DNA of 31,822 nucleotides, from IMG/VR virus record IMGVR_UViG_3300020042_008321, positions 1-31,822 of that record; one strand, 5' to 3'. Origin of the DNA: a virus. Lineage: Duplodnaviria; Caudoviricetes. The notes beneath the pieces were generated by a model. That model did no database searches, was not told the DNA's origin, and saw only the letters and a list, made by a program, of their open reading frames with translations. Of the stretch, positions 10,657 to 20,233 are shown in pieces (position 1 is the stretch's first letter; every line of letters begins with the position of its first letter). A program made the position numbers and the translations under genes.

Positions 10657-10767
10657 GTAGACAAACAACCCTTAGATCTTACTATAACAGGTTATGAAAC
10701 TAATAGAGGACTATTAAGTCGTCTAATTAAACTTTTATTTTTTAAATTTTTTTAAACAAAACTAAAA

Positions 10768-12618
10768 ATGGACATCACGCAACAGATTTTGTCTGAAATT
10801 ACTGTGTACAATAAGTACGCAAAATACTTACCAGAAGTAGAAAGAAGAGAAACATGGAATGAAATAGTTACGAGAAATAAGGACATGCATATACAAAAGT
10901 TTCCTCATCTTACAGACGAAATTGAAAGCATTTATAAATTAGTATATGATAAAAAGATTCTTCCGTCAATGCGCTCAATGCAATTTGCAGGCAAACCCAT
11001 TGAGATTAATAATGCTCGTATATTTAACTGTTCTTTTGCTCCTATTGATGATTGGCGTGTATTTTCAGAAATAATGTTCCTTTTGCTAGGTGGCTGTGGT
11101 GTAGGTTATTCTGTACAACGTCACCATGTAGAGAAGCTTCCTGAAATTATTAAGCCGATTAAAGAAAAAAGATATTTAATTGGTGACTCAATTGAAGGTT
11201 GGGCTGATGCAATTAAATTGTTGATGAAGTCTTATTTTATAGGTGGGCCTAGACCTAAGTTTGATTTTCGTGATATTAGGCCAAAAGGTGCAATGCTGAT
11301 CACAGCAGGCGGTAAAGCCCCTGGTCCTGAACCATTAAAAGAGTGTTTGTTTCAGATTCAAAAGATTCTTGATCGTAAAGGCACAGGCGACAGAATAACT
11401 CCTGTTGAGTGCCATGACATTATTTGTTATATTGCTGATGCAGTATTGTCTGGAGGTATACGTCGCGCTGCATTAATTAGTCTTTTCTCTTTCAATGATG
11501 AAGACATGCTTACCTGTAAGTTTGGTAGCTGGTGGGAAAACAATCCACAACGTGGTCGTGCAAACAACTCTGCTGTTATCTTACGTGATCGTGTTGAGAA
11601 AGAAGACTTCATGGCTCTTTGGAAGAAAATTGAATTGTCTAATGCAGGCGAACCTGGATTCTTTTTGACTAATGATAAAGATTGGGGAACTAATCCATGT
11701 GCCGAGATTGCACTTAGGCCGTTTCAATTCTGTAACTTGTGTGAAGTAAACGTTTCTAACTTAGAGTCACAAGAAGATTTAAATAAAAGAGTTAAAGCCG
11801 CAGCATTTATTGGAACACTTCAAGCATCATATACGGACTTCCACTATCTTCGTGATATTTGGAAAAAGACAACTGAAAAAGATGCGTTGATTGGTGTTGG
11901 TATGACTGGTATTGCTTCTGGAGCTGTATTGAAATTAAACATGAAAGAAGCCGCTATTATTGTAAAAGAAGAGAATGAAAGAGTAGCAAAAGTTATTGGT
12001 GTTAATAAAGCAGCTCGTTGTACAACTGTTAAGCCTTCTGGAACTACATCAATGGTTCTTGGTACGTCATCCGGTGTTCACGCATGGCATGATGAGTTCT
12101 ATGTTCGTAGAATGAGGCTTGGTAAAAATGAAGCTCTTTATAAGCATCTATCTACCTACCATCCAGAATTGGTTGAAGACGAATACTTTAAACCACAATC
12201 ACAAGCAGTTGTATCAGTACCGCAAAGATCTCCTAAAGGAGCAATTTTAAGGTCTGAGTCTGCAATGGATCTTCTTCATAGAGTAGAAAAAATGCACAAA
12301 GATTGGATTAAACCTGGACATAGAACAGGTAGAAATACTCATAACGTATCTGTAACTATTTCTCTAAAACCAGAAGAGTGGCCAGAAGTTGGTGAATGGG
12401 CATGGGATAATAGGAATAACTATACCGCATTATCTTGTCTCCCTTACGACAACGGCTCATATGTTCAGGCTCCTTTTGAAACAATAACAGAAGAGAAGTT
12501 CAATGATATTGTAGGACTGCTTCACGAAGTAGATTTATCTAAAGTAATTGAAGTTGAAGATAATACTGATCAAAAGGGCGAATTAGCCTGTGCCGGTGGA
12601 GCATGCGAACTAGTATAA
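10768..12618 (+). CDS. nrdJ: Class II (adenosylcobalamin-dependent) ribonucleotide reductase
   Basis: ILPSMR, FNC, GGIRRAA, finger loop TNPCAEI, FCNLCEV, TVKPSGT and C-terminal redox pair ACAGGAC. No NrdB gene nearby. Confidence 0.9.
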   Translation: MDITQQILSEITVYNKYAKYLPEVERRETWNEIVTRNKDMHIQKFPHLTDEIESIYKLVYDKKILPSMRSMQFAGKPIEINNARIFNCSFAPIDDWRVFSEIMFLLLGGCGVGYSVQRHHVEKLPEIIKPIKEKRYLIGDSIEGWADAIKLLMKSYFIGGPRPKFDFRDIRPKGAMLITAGGKAPGPEPLKECLFQIQKILDRKGTGDRITPVECHDIICYIADAVLSGGIRRAALISLFSFNDEDMLTCKFGSWWENNPQRGRANNSAVILRDRVEKEDFMALWKKIELSNAGEPGFFLTNDKDWGTNPCAEIALRPFQFCNLCEVNVSNLESQEDLNKRVKAAAFIGTLQASYTDFHYLRDIWKKTTEKDALIGVGMTGIASGAVLKLNMKEAAIIVKEENERVAKVIGVNKAARCTTVKPSGTTSMVLGTSSGVHAWHDEFYVRRMRLGKNEALYKHLSTYHPELVEDEYFKPQSQAVVSVPQRSPKGAILRSESAMDLLHRVEKMHKDWIKPGHRTGRNTHNVSVTISLKPEEWPEVGEWAWDNRNNYTALSCLPYDNGSYVQAPFETITEEKFNDIVGLLHEVDLSKVIEVEDNTDQKGELACAGGACELV

Positions 12619-12797
12619 TAGAAAATGTGCACTACTATCTCGAAAATGGAAGGGTGGTTTTTACCGCTCTTTTCCATTTAGAGAGAGGTACTTGCTGTGG
12701 AAATAAGTGTAGACACTGCCCGTTTAATCCGGAGTGGACAAAAGGTACTACAAGAATAAAAGATAAAGAATCAGAAGATTGGCTTACATTTGATTAA
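12603..12797 (+). CDS. Small Cys-rich protein (DUF5522-like)
   Basis: HLERGTCCGNKCRHCPF motif. Confidence 0.7.
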   Translation: MRTSIIENVHYYLENGRVVFTALFHLERGTCCGNKCRHCPFNPEWTKGTTRIKDKESEDWLTFD

Positions 12798-12807
12798 AAT
12801 AACAAAT

Positions 12808-13011
12808 ATGACGGTTACGATTACTCCAGACTATATTTATTTAGTAGTTACTCTAATTTTAATGTTAATACAATTCATCCAGTGGAGAATAATTAGCAAA
12901 CTTAAAACAGAGATTGAAAGTATGTGGCAACAAATTAGTATATTAGCTATGTCATCAGCAGGTTTTTTTGATAAATTCCAAAAAAAGATAGATGAAAAAC
13001 AAAACAAATAA
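12808..13011 (+). CDS. Small membrane protein
   Basis: One hydrophobic segment (YIYLVVTLILMLIQFIQW) followed by a coiled coil. The ATG at 12808 is preferred over the ORF-track start. Confidence 0.55.
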   Translation: MTVTITPDYIYLVVTLILMLIQFIQWRIISKLKTEIESMWQQISILAMSSAGFFDKFQKKIDEKQNK

Positions 13012-13174
13012 ACAAAGCTCAATTGGTTTAGGCGATACTATTGCCAAAATAACTCACTTTTTTGGTATAGATGTATTAGCTAAAAAAATAGCTAAGCTTT
13101 TCGGTAAAGAAGATTGCGGCTGTAATCGTAGACGTGAAAATCTTAATAAGATAGTTCCTTACAACAAAAAATAA
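12992..13174 (+). CDS. Small phage hypothetical protein
   Basis: GLGDTIAKIT...DCGCNRRRE.LN, a motif I recognise from small phage proteins. Confidence 0.6.
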   Translation: MKNKTNKQSSIGLGDTIAKITHFFGIDVLAKKIAKLFGKEDCGCNRRRENLNKIVPYNKK

Positions 13175-13177
13175 GTT

Positions 13178-15481
13178 ATGAATAAAAGTTATGTGACAGT
13201 TGATTCGATAGACAAGCTTAAAGATCTAATCGAACATGTAAAGGCGTGCGATATCATTGCGTTTGATACAGAGACAAATAGTCTTAATCCTCGTAAAGGT
13301 AAAATCATTGGCTTCTCAGTATCAGGTGAAGAAGGAAAAGGTTACTACATGCCAACTATGATATTCAAAGATGAAGAGTTGCAAGACGCTTATATCGATG
13401 GTAAATTATGTCATGATCTTGCAAAGAAAACAATCTCACTACTTATTGGTAAAAAGTTGATCATGCATAATGCATCATTTGACGTTAAGTTCGTCAAGTG
13501 TTTTTATGATGTTGATTTGCTTTCTAGTTTGTATGTTGATACGATTCTCTTAGTGCATACAGTAAAAGAAGAAGGCGCTGGCTTTATGGGAGGCTCTGCA
13601 TTCGGTCTTAAGGATATTGCTAAAATGATCCAAAAAGAGATAGGTCTAGATATTGATAAAGCAGCTAATGAAGAACAAGTTGCTCTTAAAGAGTCTATCA
13701 AAAAGAACGGCGGTCAAATAACAAGAGAAAACTATGAGATATGGAAAGCCGATCTTGAACTACTTTCAGAATATGCTTCAGCAGATACCGACTTAACTCT
13801 TAGAGTCTATAATCACTTCATAAAGACTTTGTATGCTGAAGGACTAGAAGACTTCTTCTTTAAGGATGAGGTTATGCCTCTTTACAAAGAGGTTACAATT
13901 CCTATGGAACAAGTAGGCGTTAAACTTGATCTTGAGCTTATTAAAAGTTCTAGAGAGTCTATTGGGCAAAAGCTAAAAGAGTACGAAGAGCTAGTAACAA
14001 AAGAATTGCTTAAAAGCCCTGATGTAAGAGCTTGGATTGTAATGAAAGCAATGGATGCATATCCAGCTAATAATAAAGGCACATTTGCTCAAGAGCTTAT
14101 TAAAGAATATAATTACGAACTAGAACAATCTGCTAGAACAGGAAAGTATAGCATTACTAAGTCATCACTCATAAGACTTCCTGAAGGATCAGCAAAACAC
14201 TTCTTACTACACGGAGATCCTTCTGTACTTGATAAAGACATAGTAATGAAGATTGCTATGAAACTGTGGAGAGAAGATAATGATGGAGCATATTTTAATA
14301 TTCAGTCTAAAGATCAATTAGGTGAAATAGCATTCGGTGTTCTTGGTATTAAATCTTTGTCTAATACAAAAACAGGTAAGCCACAATTTGATGATGATAC
14401 TGTGCAATCAATAGCCGGTAAATATGCGTGGGCTAGAAACTTACGCATCTATAATAGGCTACTTAAGATAAAGTCTACTTACATGGATCGCTTTTTAGAT
14501 GCTCAAGAAGAGGGTAGATATTACTTCTATTATAAACAGCATGGCACAGTATCAGGAAGATATGGTTCTGATGCTCAACAATTACCAAGACCTAAAGAAG
14601 AGGGTGATGATGAACCAATTGTAATCGAGTACAATAACTTGATTCGAGCATTCTTTATTCATGATAGTGGAAACATCTTTATTGATTGTGACTATGAATC
14701 ACTTGAACCGCATACATTTGCTCACGTATCTGGTGATGAAGGACTTAAAGACATCTTTAGAAATAACTGGGACTTCTATTCTACTATTGCAATTAAAACA
14801 GAGGGGCTAACTCAATATTCACCTGATAAAAAAGCTCCTAACTTCCTACGTAAGATGGAACCTAAGCTTAGGAATAAAGCTAAAGCTTATTCACTTGGTA
14901 TTCCTTATGGCATGGGTGCTTATGCACTAGGTATGACTCTTGGAATTCCTACTAAAGAAGCAAAGAAACTTGTTGAGGGTTACTTAAGTGCGTACCCGCA
15001 ACTTAAAGAGTGGATGGAAAGATCTAAAAAGCAGGCAAAGACTGTTGGCTTTGTTAAAACACAAGTCGGTAGAGTAAGGCACTTACCTAAAGTAAAAGCT
15101 ATTTACGATAAGATTGGTGATGACCTTCTTGATTGGAATATCAAGAAAGAAATGGAAAGACAATATGGTGTTGATCAAATTAAAAGCCTGTCTAGAGACT
15201 ATATTAATGGATTAAATAACAGTTGCAACGTACAGATCCAAGGTCTAGCGGCTTCAATTGTTAACCGTGCAGCATTAGCCATCAATAGAAAGTTTCAAGA
15301 ACTAGGTATACGCGGCTGGGTATGTGCTCAGATCCATGATCAGTTAGTAATTGAGGTAGACAGCGATAAATCACAAGAAGCGGCCAGAATCGTCCAGGAT
15401 TTAATGGAGAACACTACTAAGCTGAGCATAGCTTTAAAAGCACCCCCAGCATTAGCAATGAACTTACGCGACGGACATTAG
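13178..15481 (+). CDS. polA: Family A DNA polymerase with 3'-5' exonuclease domain
   Basis: ExoI AFDTET, ExoII HNASFD, ExoIII YASAD, GTVSGRY, motif A DYESLE, motif B RNKAKAYSLGIPYG and motif C QIHDQ. Confidence 0.95.
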   Translation: MNKSYVTVDSIDKLKDLIEHVKACDIIAFDTETNSLNPRKGKIIGFSVSGEEGKGYYMPTMIFKDEELQDAYIDGKLCHDLAKKTISLLIGKKLIMHNASFDVKFVKCFYDVDLLSSLYVDTILLVHTVKEEGAGFMGGSAFGLKDIAKMIQKEIGLDIDKAANEEQVALKESIKKNGGQITRENYEIWKADLELLSEYASADTDLTLRVYNHFIKTLYAEGLEDFFFKDEVMPLYKEVTIPMEQVGVKLDLELIKSSRESIGQKLKEYEELVTKELLKSPDVRAWIVMKAMDAYPANNKGTFAQELIKEYNYELEQSARTGKYSITKSSLIRLPEGSAKHFLLHGDPSVLDKDIVMKIAMKLWREDNDGAYFNIQSKDQLGEIAFGVLGIKSLSNTKTGKPQFDDDTVQSIAGKYAWARNLRIYNRLLKIKSTYMDRFLDAQEEGRYYFYYKQHGTVSGRYGSDAQQLPRPKEEGDDEPIVIEYNNLIRAFFIHDSGNIFIDCDYESLEPHTFAHVSGDEGLKDIFRNNWDFYSTIAIKTEGLTQYSPDKKAPNFLRKMEPKLRNKAKAYSLGIPYGMGAYALGMTLGIPTKEAKKLVEGYLSAYPQLKEWMERSKKQAKTVGFVKTQVGRVRHLPKVKAIYDKIGDDLLDWNIKKEMERQYGVDQIKSLSRDYINGLNNSCNVQIQGLAASIVNRAALAINRKFQELGIRGWVCAQIHDQLVIEVDSDKSQEAARIVQDLMENTTKLSIALKAPPALAMNLRDGH

Positions 15482-15501
15482 CAGATATTTATTGTAAATA
15501 C

Positions 15502-16009
15502 GGGTACTGTGAGTAGGCCCAAGGTTATGAATAAACATTTATAAATCGTTTACCGTAAGGGAACACAAAACTAAACACTATGGGAATATTAAGACCATTT
15601 GAGCTAGATCCATTTGACTTGCTCTGGAAAGACCTTTTTGAATCAGTACCTCACTTTTCTGCAATTACGCAGAAAATATCACATCCAGTAGACATTTTTG
15701 AAACAGAAGACGGCATTCGATTTGAAGTAGCCGCAGTAGGCCTCGATAAGAGTGATATTAGTATCATTATCGAAGGAGACCAATTACGTATTACTTACGA
15801 AAAACCAAACAAACCTGAAGAATCTCCAATTTACCGGGGTATTAAGAGATCATCTTTTAATTTGACTTGGAAGATTTCAACTAAATTCGATCTAAGTAAG
15901 CTTGACGCTTCGTTAGATAAGGGACTACTTATATTAACAGTTCCTACAGCAGAAGGTAAAGCTGTAAAACAAATAGTTATAAAATAAAAAATAGGCCTAC
16001 TCACAACCC
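15502..16009. repeat. Inverted repeat pair flanking hsp20
   Basis: TGTGAGTAGGCC (15508-15519) is the exact reverse complement of GGCCTACTCACA (15994-16005). The pairing extends with GGGT (15502-15505)/ACCC (16006-16009) across a 2-nt bulge. Confidence 0.85.
15580..15987 (+). CDS. Small heat shock protein (Hsp20/alpha-crystallin)
   Basis: PVDIFETEDG..FEVAAVG, RGI..SSF, A.LDKGLL.LTVP and a C-terminal I-x-I motif. Confidence 0.92.
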   Translation: MGILRPFELDPFDLLWKDLFESVPHFSAITQKISHPVDIFETEDGIRFEVAAVGLDKSDISIIIEGDQLRITYEKPNKPEESPIYRGIKRSSFNLTWKISTKFDLSKLDASLDKGLLILTVPTAEGKAVKQIVIK

Positions 16010-16014
16010 TAGTT

Positions 16015-16209
16015 ATGTTTTCACTTTGTAAGAATTTCATCAATATTAATGGAGATCTGTTTCAAGTTAAACGTACATTTACTGAAGAGTGGATGAACGG
16101 AAAGGATCTAGACGTATTAAAAACTTGGTACGGAGCAGATGTAGTCTTTAAAAAAGATACGCTACTCTATTTTTGTATTAAAATAAATGAATTAGAAATT
16201 ATAAATTAG
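16015..16209 (+). CDS. Small hypothetical protein
   Basis: 64-aa ORF with a GTT-ATG start, between hsp20 and groES. Confidence 0.55.
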   Translation: MFSLCKNFININGDLFQVKRTFTEEWMNGKDLDVLKTWYGADVVFKKDTLLYFCIKINELEIIN

Positions 16210-16213
16210 TAAT

Positions 16214-16504
16214 ATGAAAAAAATAACCCCACTAAATGGCTATGTAGTACTAAAGCCAATAGAATCACAAGAAGAAACATTTGGTAACATTATCATTCCA
16301 GATCTTGGTAAAGAAAGGCCTGAAATGGGAGAAGTATTTGCAACATCTGATATTTACAATTATCATACTGATAAATTGGTTATATCAACATTAGAAATTG
16401 GAGAGATTGCGCTAATTCCTAAAATGGGATCACAAAGAATAGTAGTAGACGGAGAAGACTATTACATTTGTAGAGAGTCAGAAATATTTGCAGTAATTAA
16501 ATAA
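16214..16504 (+). CDS. groES: Co-chaperonin GroES
   Basis: ITPLNGYVVLK, mobile loop GNIIIPD...KERPEMGEV and Y.ICRESEIFA; directly upstream of groEL. Confidence 0.9.
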   Translation: MKKITPLNGYVVLKPIESQEETFGNIIIPDLGKERPEMGEVFATSDIYNYHTDKLVISTLEIGEIALIPKMGSQRIVVDGEDYYICRESEIFAVIK

Positions 16505-16512
16505 AATAAACT

Positions 16513-18144
16513 ATGAGTACAACTAAAAACGTTTTTGGTACAGAGCTTAAAGAAAAGCTACTGTCCGGTATAGAAAAGCTAAATGCCTCAGTTTCATCAA
16601 CATTAGGACCAGGCGGTCGTACTGTTTTGATTCGTGAACAAAATGGCGAAGTTAAAGTTACAAAGGATGGAGTAACTGTTGCAAAAGCATTCCATAAATT
16701 GGAAGATGACATTGAAGATCTTGGTGCACAACTTGTTAAGCAAGTTAGTATTAAGTCTGCTAATGAAGCTGGTGACGGTACAACAACATCTACTTTGATT
16801 GCAACTGAAATTGTAAAGGCAGGACTAAAAGAAATTAGACAAGGTTATAATGCAGTTGAAATTAAAAATGAAATTGATATCATTGTTGCAGAAGTAGTCC
16901 AAGAGATTAAAGATATGTCAATTGAGATCTCTTCTGAAGAGCAAATTAAGCAAGTTGCAACTATATCAGGTAATAATGATTCAGAGGTTGGTAATTTAAT
17001 TGCAACAGCAATTGAGAAAGTAGGTCGTGAAGGTGTTGTCACTATTGAAGAATCTAAAACAGGTGAAACCTCTCTTGAAGTTGTTGAAGGTATGCAATTT
17101 GATCGTGGTTATAAATCACCTTATTTTGTTACTAATAATACTACAATGCAAGCAGGACTTGAAAATCCTTATATCATGTTGTATGATGGACGTATCTCAA
17201 CTGCGCAAGAACTAGTTCAAGTATTAACTAAAGCAAACTCTGAGAATAAGCCACTATTGATTATCGCTGAAGATATTGGTGATGAAGCTCTTGCTACATT
17301 GATCGTAAACAAGATGCGCGGTATTGTTCAAGTTTGTGCAGTTAAAGCACCAGACTTTGGAGACCGTAAGACTTTGATTTTGGAAGACATTGCAATTCTT
17401 ACAGGTGGACAAGTTATCTCTAAAGAGAAAGGCCATAAACTTGATAAGATTACTACTCAGCAATTGGGACAATTCCTAGGTACAGCTAGACTATCTACCG
17501 TCTCTAAAGAAGAGACAACCATTGTAGACGGTAAAGGATCAACTGAAACAATTGAAGCTAGAGCTAAAGAAATTCAAGAGCAAATTGAAAAGGCAACCTC
17601 ATTCTATGAAAAAGAGAAGTTGCAAGAAAGGCTTGGTAAACTTATAGGAGGAGTAGCTATCATCAATGTTGGTGGTAATAGTGATATCGAGATCAAAGAA
17701 AAGAAAGATCGTGTAGAAGACGCACTATTTGCAACTAAAGCAGCATTAGAAGGCGGTGTAGTTCCAGGAGGCGGCTCAGCTTTATATAGGTGTTCGCTTA
17801 ATCACAGACCAGAGCATAATAATAATGTATCTATTGCTAGAGACATTGTACGTAAAGCTTTGCAAGCACCATTTATTAAGATCCTTGCTAATTCTGGCGT
17901 TGAGAACTGGTGGGAATTTACTCCTAGTGAATTAGTAGATGGTAAAATCTATGATGCAAAGAATCATAAAATGGTTAATGCATTTGAAGCTGGTATTATT
18001 GACCCTGCCAAAGTGGTAATTACCGCTCTTAAAAACGCATCTTCTGTAGCCGGGACAATCCTAACAACAGAAAGTGTTATTTTTGAAAAGAAAGATAAAA
18101 GTGAGAAATCAGACCCTATGATGGATATGACAATGGGAATGTAA
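16513..18144 (+). CDS. groEL: Chaperonin GroEL
   Basis: [45 protein letters not shown] and GVVPGGG. Confidence 0.98.
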   Translation: MSTTKNVFGTELKEKLLSGIEKLNASVSSTLGPGGRTVLIREQNGEVKVTKDGVTVAKAFHKLEDDIEDLGAQLVKQVSIKSANEAGDGTTTSTLIATEIVKAGLKEIRQGYNAVEIKNEIDIIVAEVVQEIKDMSIEISSEEQIKQVATISGNNDSEVGNLIATAIEKVGREGVVTIEESKTGETSLEVVEGMQFDRGYKSPYFVTNNTTMQAGLENPYIMLYDGRISTAQELVQVLTKANSENKPLLIIAEDIGDEALATLIVNKMRGIVQVCAVKAPDFGDRKTLILEDIAILTGGQVISKEKGHKLDKITTQQLGQFLGTARLSTVSKEETTIVDGKGSTETIEARAKEIQEQIEKATSFYEKEKLQERLGKLIGGVAIINVGGNSDIEIKEKKDRVEDALFATKAALEGGVVPGGGSALYRCSLNHRPEHNNNVSIARDIVRKALQAPFIKILANSGVENWWEFTPSELVDGKIYDAKNHKMVNAFEAGIIDPAKVVITALKNASSVAGTILTTESVIFEKKDKSEKSDPMMDMTMGM

Positions 18145-18150
18145 AAAATA

Positions 18151-18176
18151 AGGCCCTACTTCGGTAGGGCTTTTTT
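18151..18176 (+). terminator. Rho-independent terminator
   Basis: GCCCTAC-TTCG-GTAGGGC hairpin (cUUCGg loop) followed by TTTTTT. Confidence 0.92.
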
Positions 18177-18242
18177 ATTATACTTAATAGATAAACTTTC
18201 TAAGCAATTATAAATTGTTTATATTTAAATAAATAATAGGTT

Positions 18243-19175
18243 ATGAAAGCAGCAATTGTAGGAATGCTAAATAATGTGAGTAACAGTCAAAATCATCACG
18301 GTGGCGGTTATTCACGGATTATGGTTAGAATACTAAAAGAATCCATTCCAGAAATAAAATTTACAGTTAATCCAGAACCTAATACTTGGAATGAGTATGA
18401 CTGCCTTTGTATTTTAGAAGGAGTCAACTATAAAGAAAATACTTTTAATTTTATTGGAGGTCCTCAACCTGAACATACTGAGAAGTTAAAAGCTGTTCTT
18501 GATTATAAAGGTACTATTAAGTTTATTAATAAGTCCTTAGATTTTTCTCAATTCAATAAAAGATTTGGTCTTGAAGGAGAATTTCCTACTGGTAAAACTA
18601 TTGACTTTGCTACTAAGTATGGTGAGAAAACTAAAAAAGTAATTATAGGAGATTCGCATTCTTTAAGTGTTTGGAAACCTGGTTTTGGCATTAATAGAAC
18701 TGATGGTAGAACTTTATTTGGATTCTTAAAAGACGTCGACTCTTTAGTTGAAGAGTGGAACAGTAAGTATGATGAAGTAGTTTTGTACTTCGGTAATATT
18801 GATTTACGCTTTCATTTAATGAGGCAAGAAAATCCAAGAGCTGCAACAGAAGATCTATTTAGAAGATATATAGAGTTTGCTAAGAAACTAAATAACGCTA
18901 CTCTAGTTAATTTGCTACCAGTTGAGCACGAAAGTCGTAAATTACCTGGTACAGGTTTATATCTTAAACAACCGTTCTTTGGAACAAGGCAAGAAAGAGC
19001 AGATTTAAGAGACGCTGCAAATAGGATTATGAATAACTCAGGACTTAAAACTATTCAATGGCCAGATGAATGGATTGATGCAGATGGTATGAAAATGTTT
19101 GAGTACATGGAAGCTAAACAGTCAGTACATTTAAAGCCTAAATACTATATGTTCGCAAATCAATTTGTAAAATAA
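18243..19175 (+). CDS. Putative DNA-modification enzyme: T4 beta-glucosyltransferase-like N-terminal domain fused to an SGNH/GDSL-like domain
   Basis: The N-terminus MKAAIVGMLNNV...NEYDCL...FNFIGG...YKGTI...FSQ parallels T4 BGT as I recall it (MKIAIINMGNNV...NDYDRL...INFFGG...YKSKI...FSQ). The C-terminal part has SGNH blocks IIGDSHS, YFGNID and QSVH. Confidence 0.55.
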   Translation: MKAAIVGMLNNVSNSQNHHGGGYSRIMVRILKESIPEIKFTVNPEPNTWNEYDCLCILEGVNYKENTFNFIGGPQPEHTEKLKAVLDYKGTIKFINKSLDFSQFNKRFGLEGEFPTGKTIDFATKYGEKTKKVIIGDSHSLSVWKPGFGINRTDGRTLFGFLKDVDSLVEEWNSKYDEVVLYFGNIDLRFHLMRQENPRAATEDLFRRYIEFAKKLNNATLVNLLPVEHESRKLPGTGLYLKQPFFGTRQERADLRDAANRIMNNSGLKTIQWPDEWIDADGMKMFEYMEAKQSVHLKPKYYMFANQFVK

Positions 19176-19176
19176 C

Positions 19177-20220
19177 ATGCAAAAATTTATTATCAACGAA
19201 AAGTTACTTGCCGCATTAGACGAATACGATAAACGTAGTTTGTTAATGCAACAACATGGTAGCTTAGGACTTCCTTATGATGGAAACTTACTTGCAGATG
19301 TTAATGACGATCTAATCTATCACGTACCCATTTATGATACCGCGCATCGTAGGTTTGCCGCCTTCTGTGCCTTTACTGAAGCTGTATGGTATAAAGAAGA
19401 GGATATAAGAGGAATGGGACACCACTTCTCAAGTCATGGTATTAAAGATGAATTTGATTGGTTTATGTTGTTCTATTTATTCAGGCTTTGTGGTTCTGGT
19501 ATTAATTATGTACCAAGATATAAGAAGGATCATATCAAGGATATATTAGGGACGCATGGCTTCGGTAACTTCTGGATTGTGGATTCTATATTGAAAGATA
19601 AACACACATGGCCAGAATGGAAGCAGGACCTTCATAATCGGATTACACCATTTACAGATAACAAAGGATATTTACTCCCTCAATTTACTTTTGAAGGCGA
19701 GACTAGAGGCCATCTTAGAAAGTTTATTCTTGAACACTCAGAAGGATTAGTTAGACACATTTACAATGCAGTAACTAAAAACAAACTTGACATCTATCAA
19801 GTAACAGATTTAGGTAATGAATATCTTAATAACGCTGGATTTAAGAGGCAAAACTTTGTATTGACTGCATTTGCTGCTGACTTAGGTGAATATTTTCCTA
19901 ATATGGTAAATCCTAAAGGTTGGGTATATGCAGGAACAAACGCAGTTCGTTGTATTAAAGCTATTTTTCCTAAAGTTAGTCCTAAAGTAAAAGAGTTTGA
20001 ATACATCAATGAAGTACTGCAGTTCTTATCTAATAGATACGATTTAAATCCTATTGATTGTGAAGATAGTAGAGCTTGTGACGTAGTTCGTTATTTCCAA
20101 GAATATCAGTCTGAAGATCATATTATTAAAAATAATGGTCGTAGGATGTATAATAATTCTATTCTTAAACAAACATGGGGTCATGACAAGTATTATGACT
20201 TCGCAATTAAATTAAAATAA
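19177..20220 (+). CDS. Amino acid:DNA transferase-like protein (alpha-glutamyl/putrescinyl thymine pyrophosphorylase, aGPT-Pplase family)
   Basis: YDTAHRR, YLFRL, F...AFAADL..Y.P, AGTNAVRCI..IF and DCEDSRACDVVRY correspond to the family motifs (NV.R, LFR, F.....Dl, GPGA.RGL, D.E...CE..KY). A PLP enzyme and nucleotide-metabolism genes are nearby. Confidence 0.65.
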   Translation: MQKFIINEKLLAALDEYDKRSLLMQQHGSLGLPYDGNLLADVNDDLIYHVPIYDTAHRRFAAFCAFTEAVWYKEEDIRGMGHHFSSHGIKDEFDWFMLFYLFRLCGSGINYVPRYKKDHIKDILGTHGFGNFWIVDSILKDKHTWPEWKQDLHNRITPFTDNKGYLLPQFTFEGETRGHLRKFILEHSEGLVRHIYNAVTKNKLDIYQVTDLGNEYLNNAGFKRQNFVLTAFAADLGEYFPNMVNPKGWVYAGTNAVRCIKAIFPKVSPKVKEFEYINEVLQFLSNRYDLNPIDCEDSRACDVVRYFQEYQSEDHIIKNNGRRMYNNSILKQTWGHDKYYDFAIKLK

Positions 20221-20233
20221 AAAAAACAAAAAA

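Noticed and set aside
10657-10767. Cobalamin riboswitch upstream of nrdJ
   Set aside because: The region is too short and AT-rich, with no B12-box; only a simple hairpin is present.
13178-15481. Z-genome (DpoZ/PurZ) or 7-deazaguanine system
   Set aside because: No purZ, datZ, dpdA, folE or queCDE-like genes are in the window; the modification genes point to pyrimidines.
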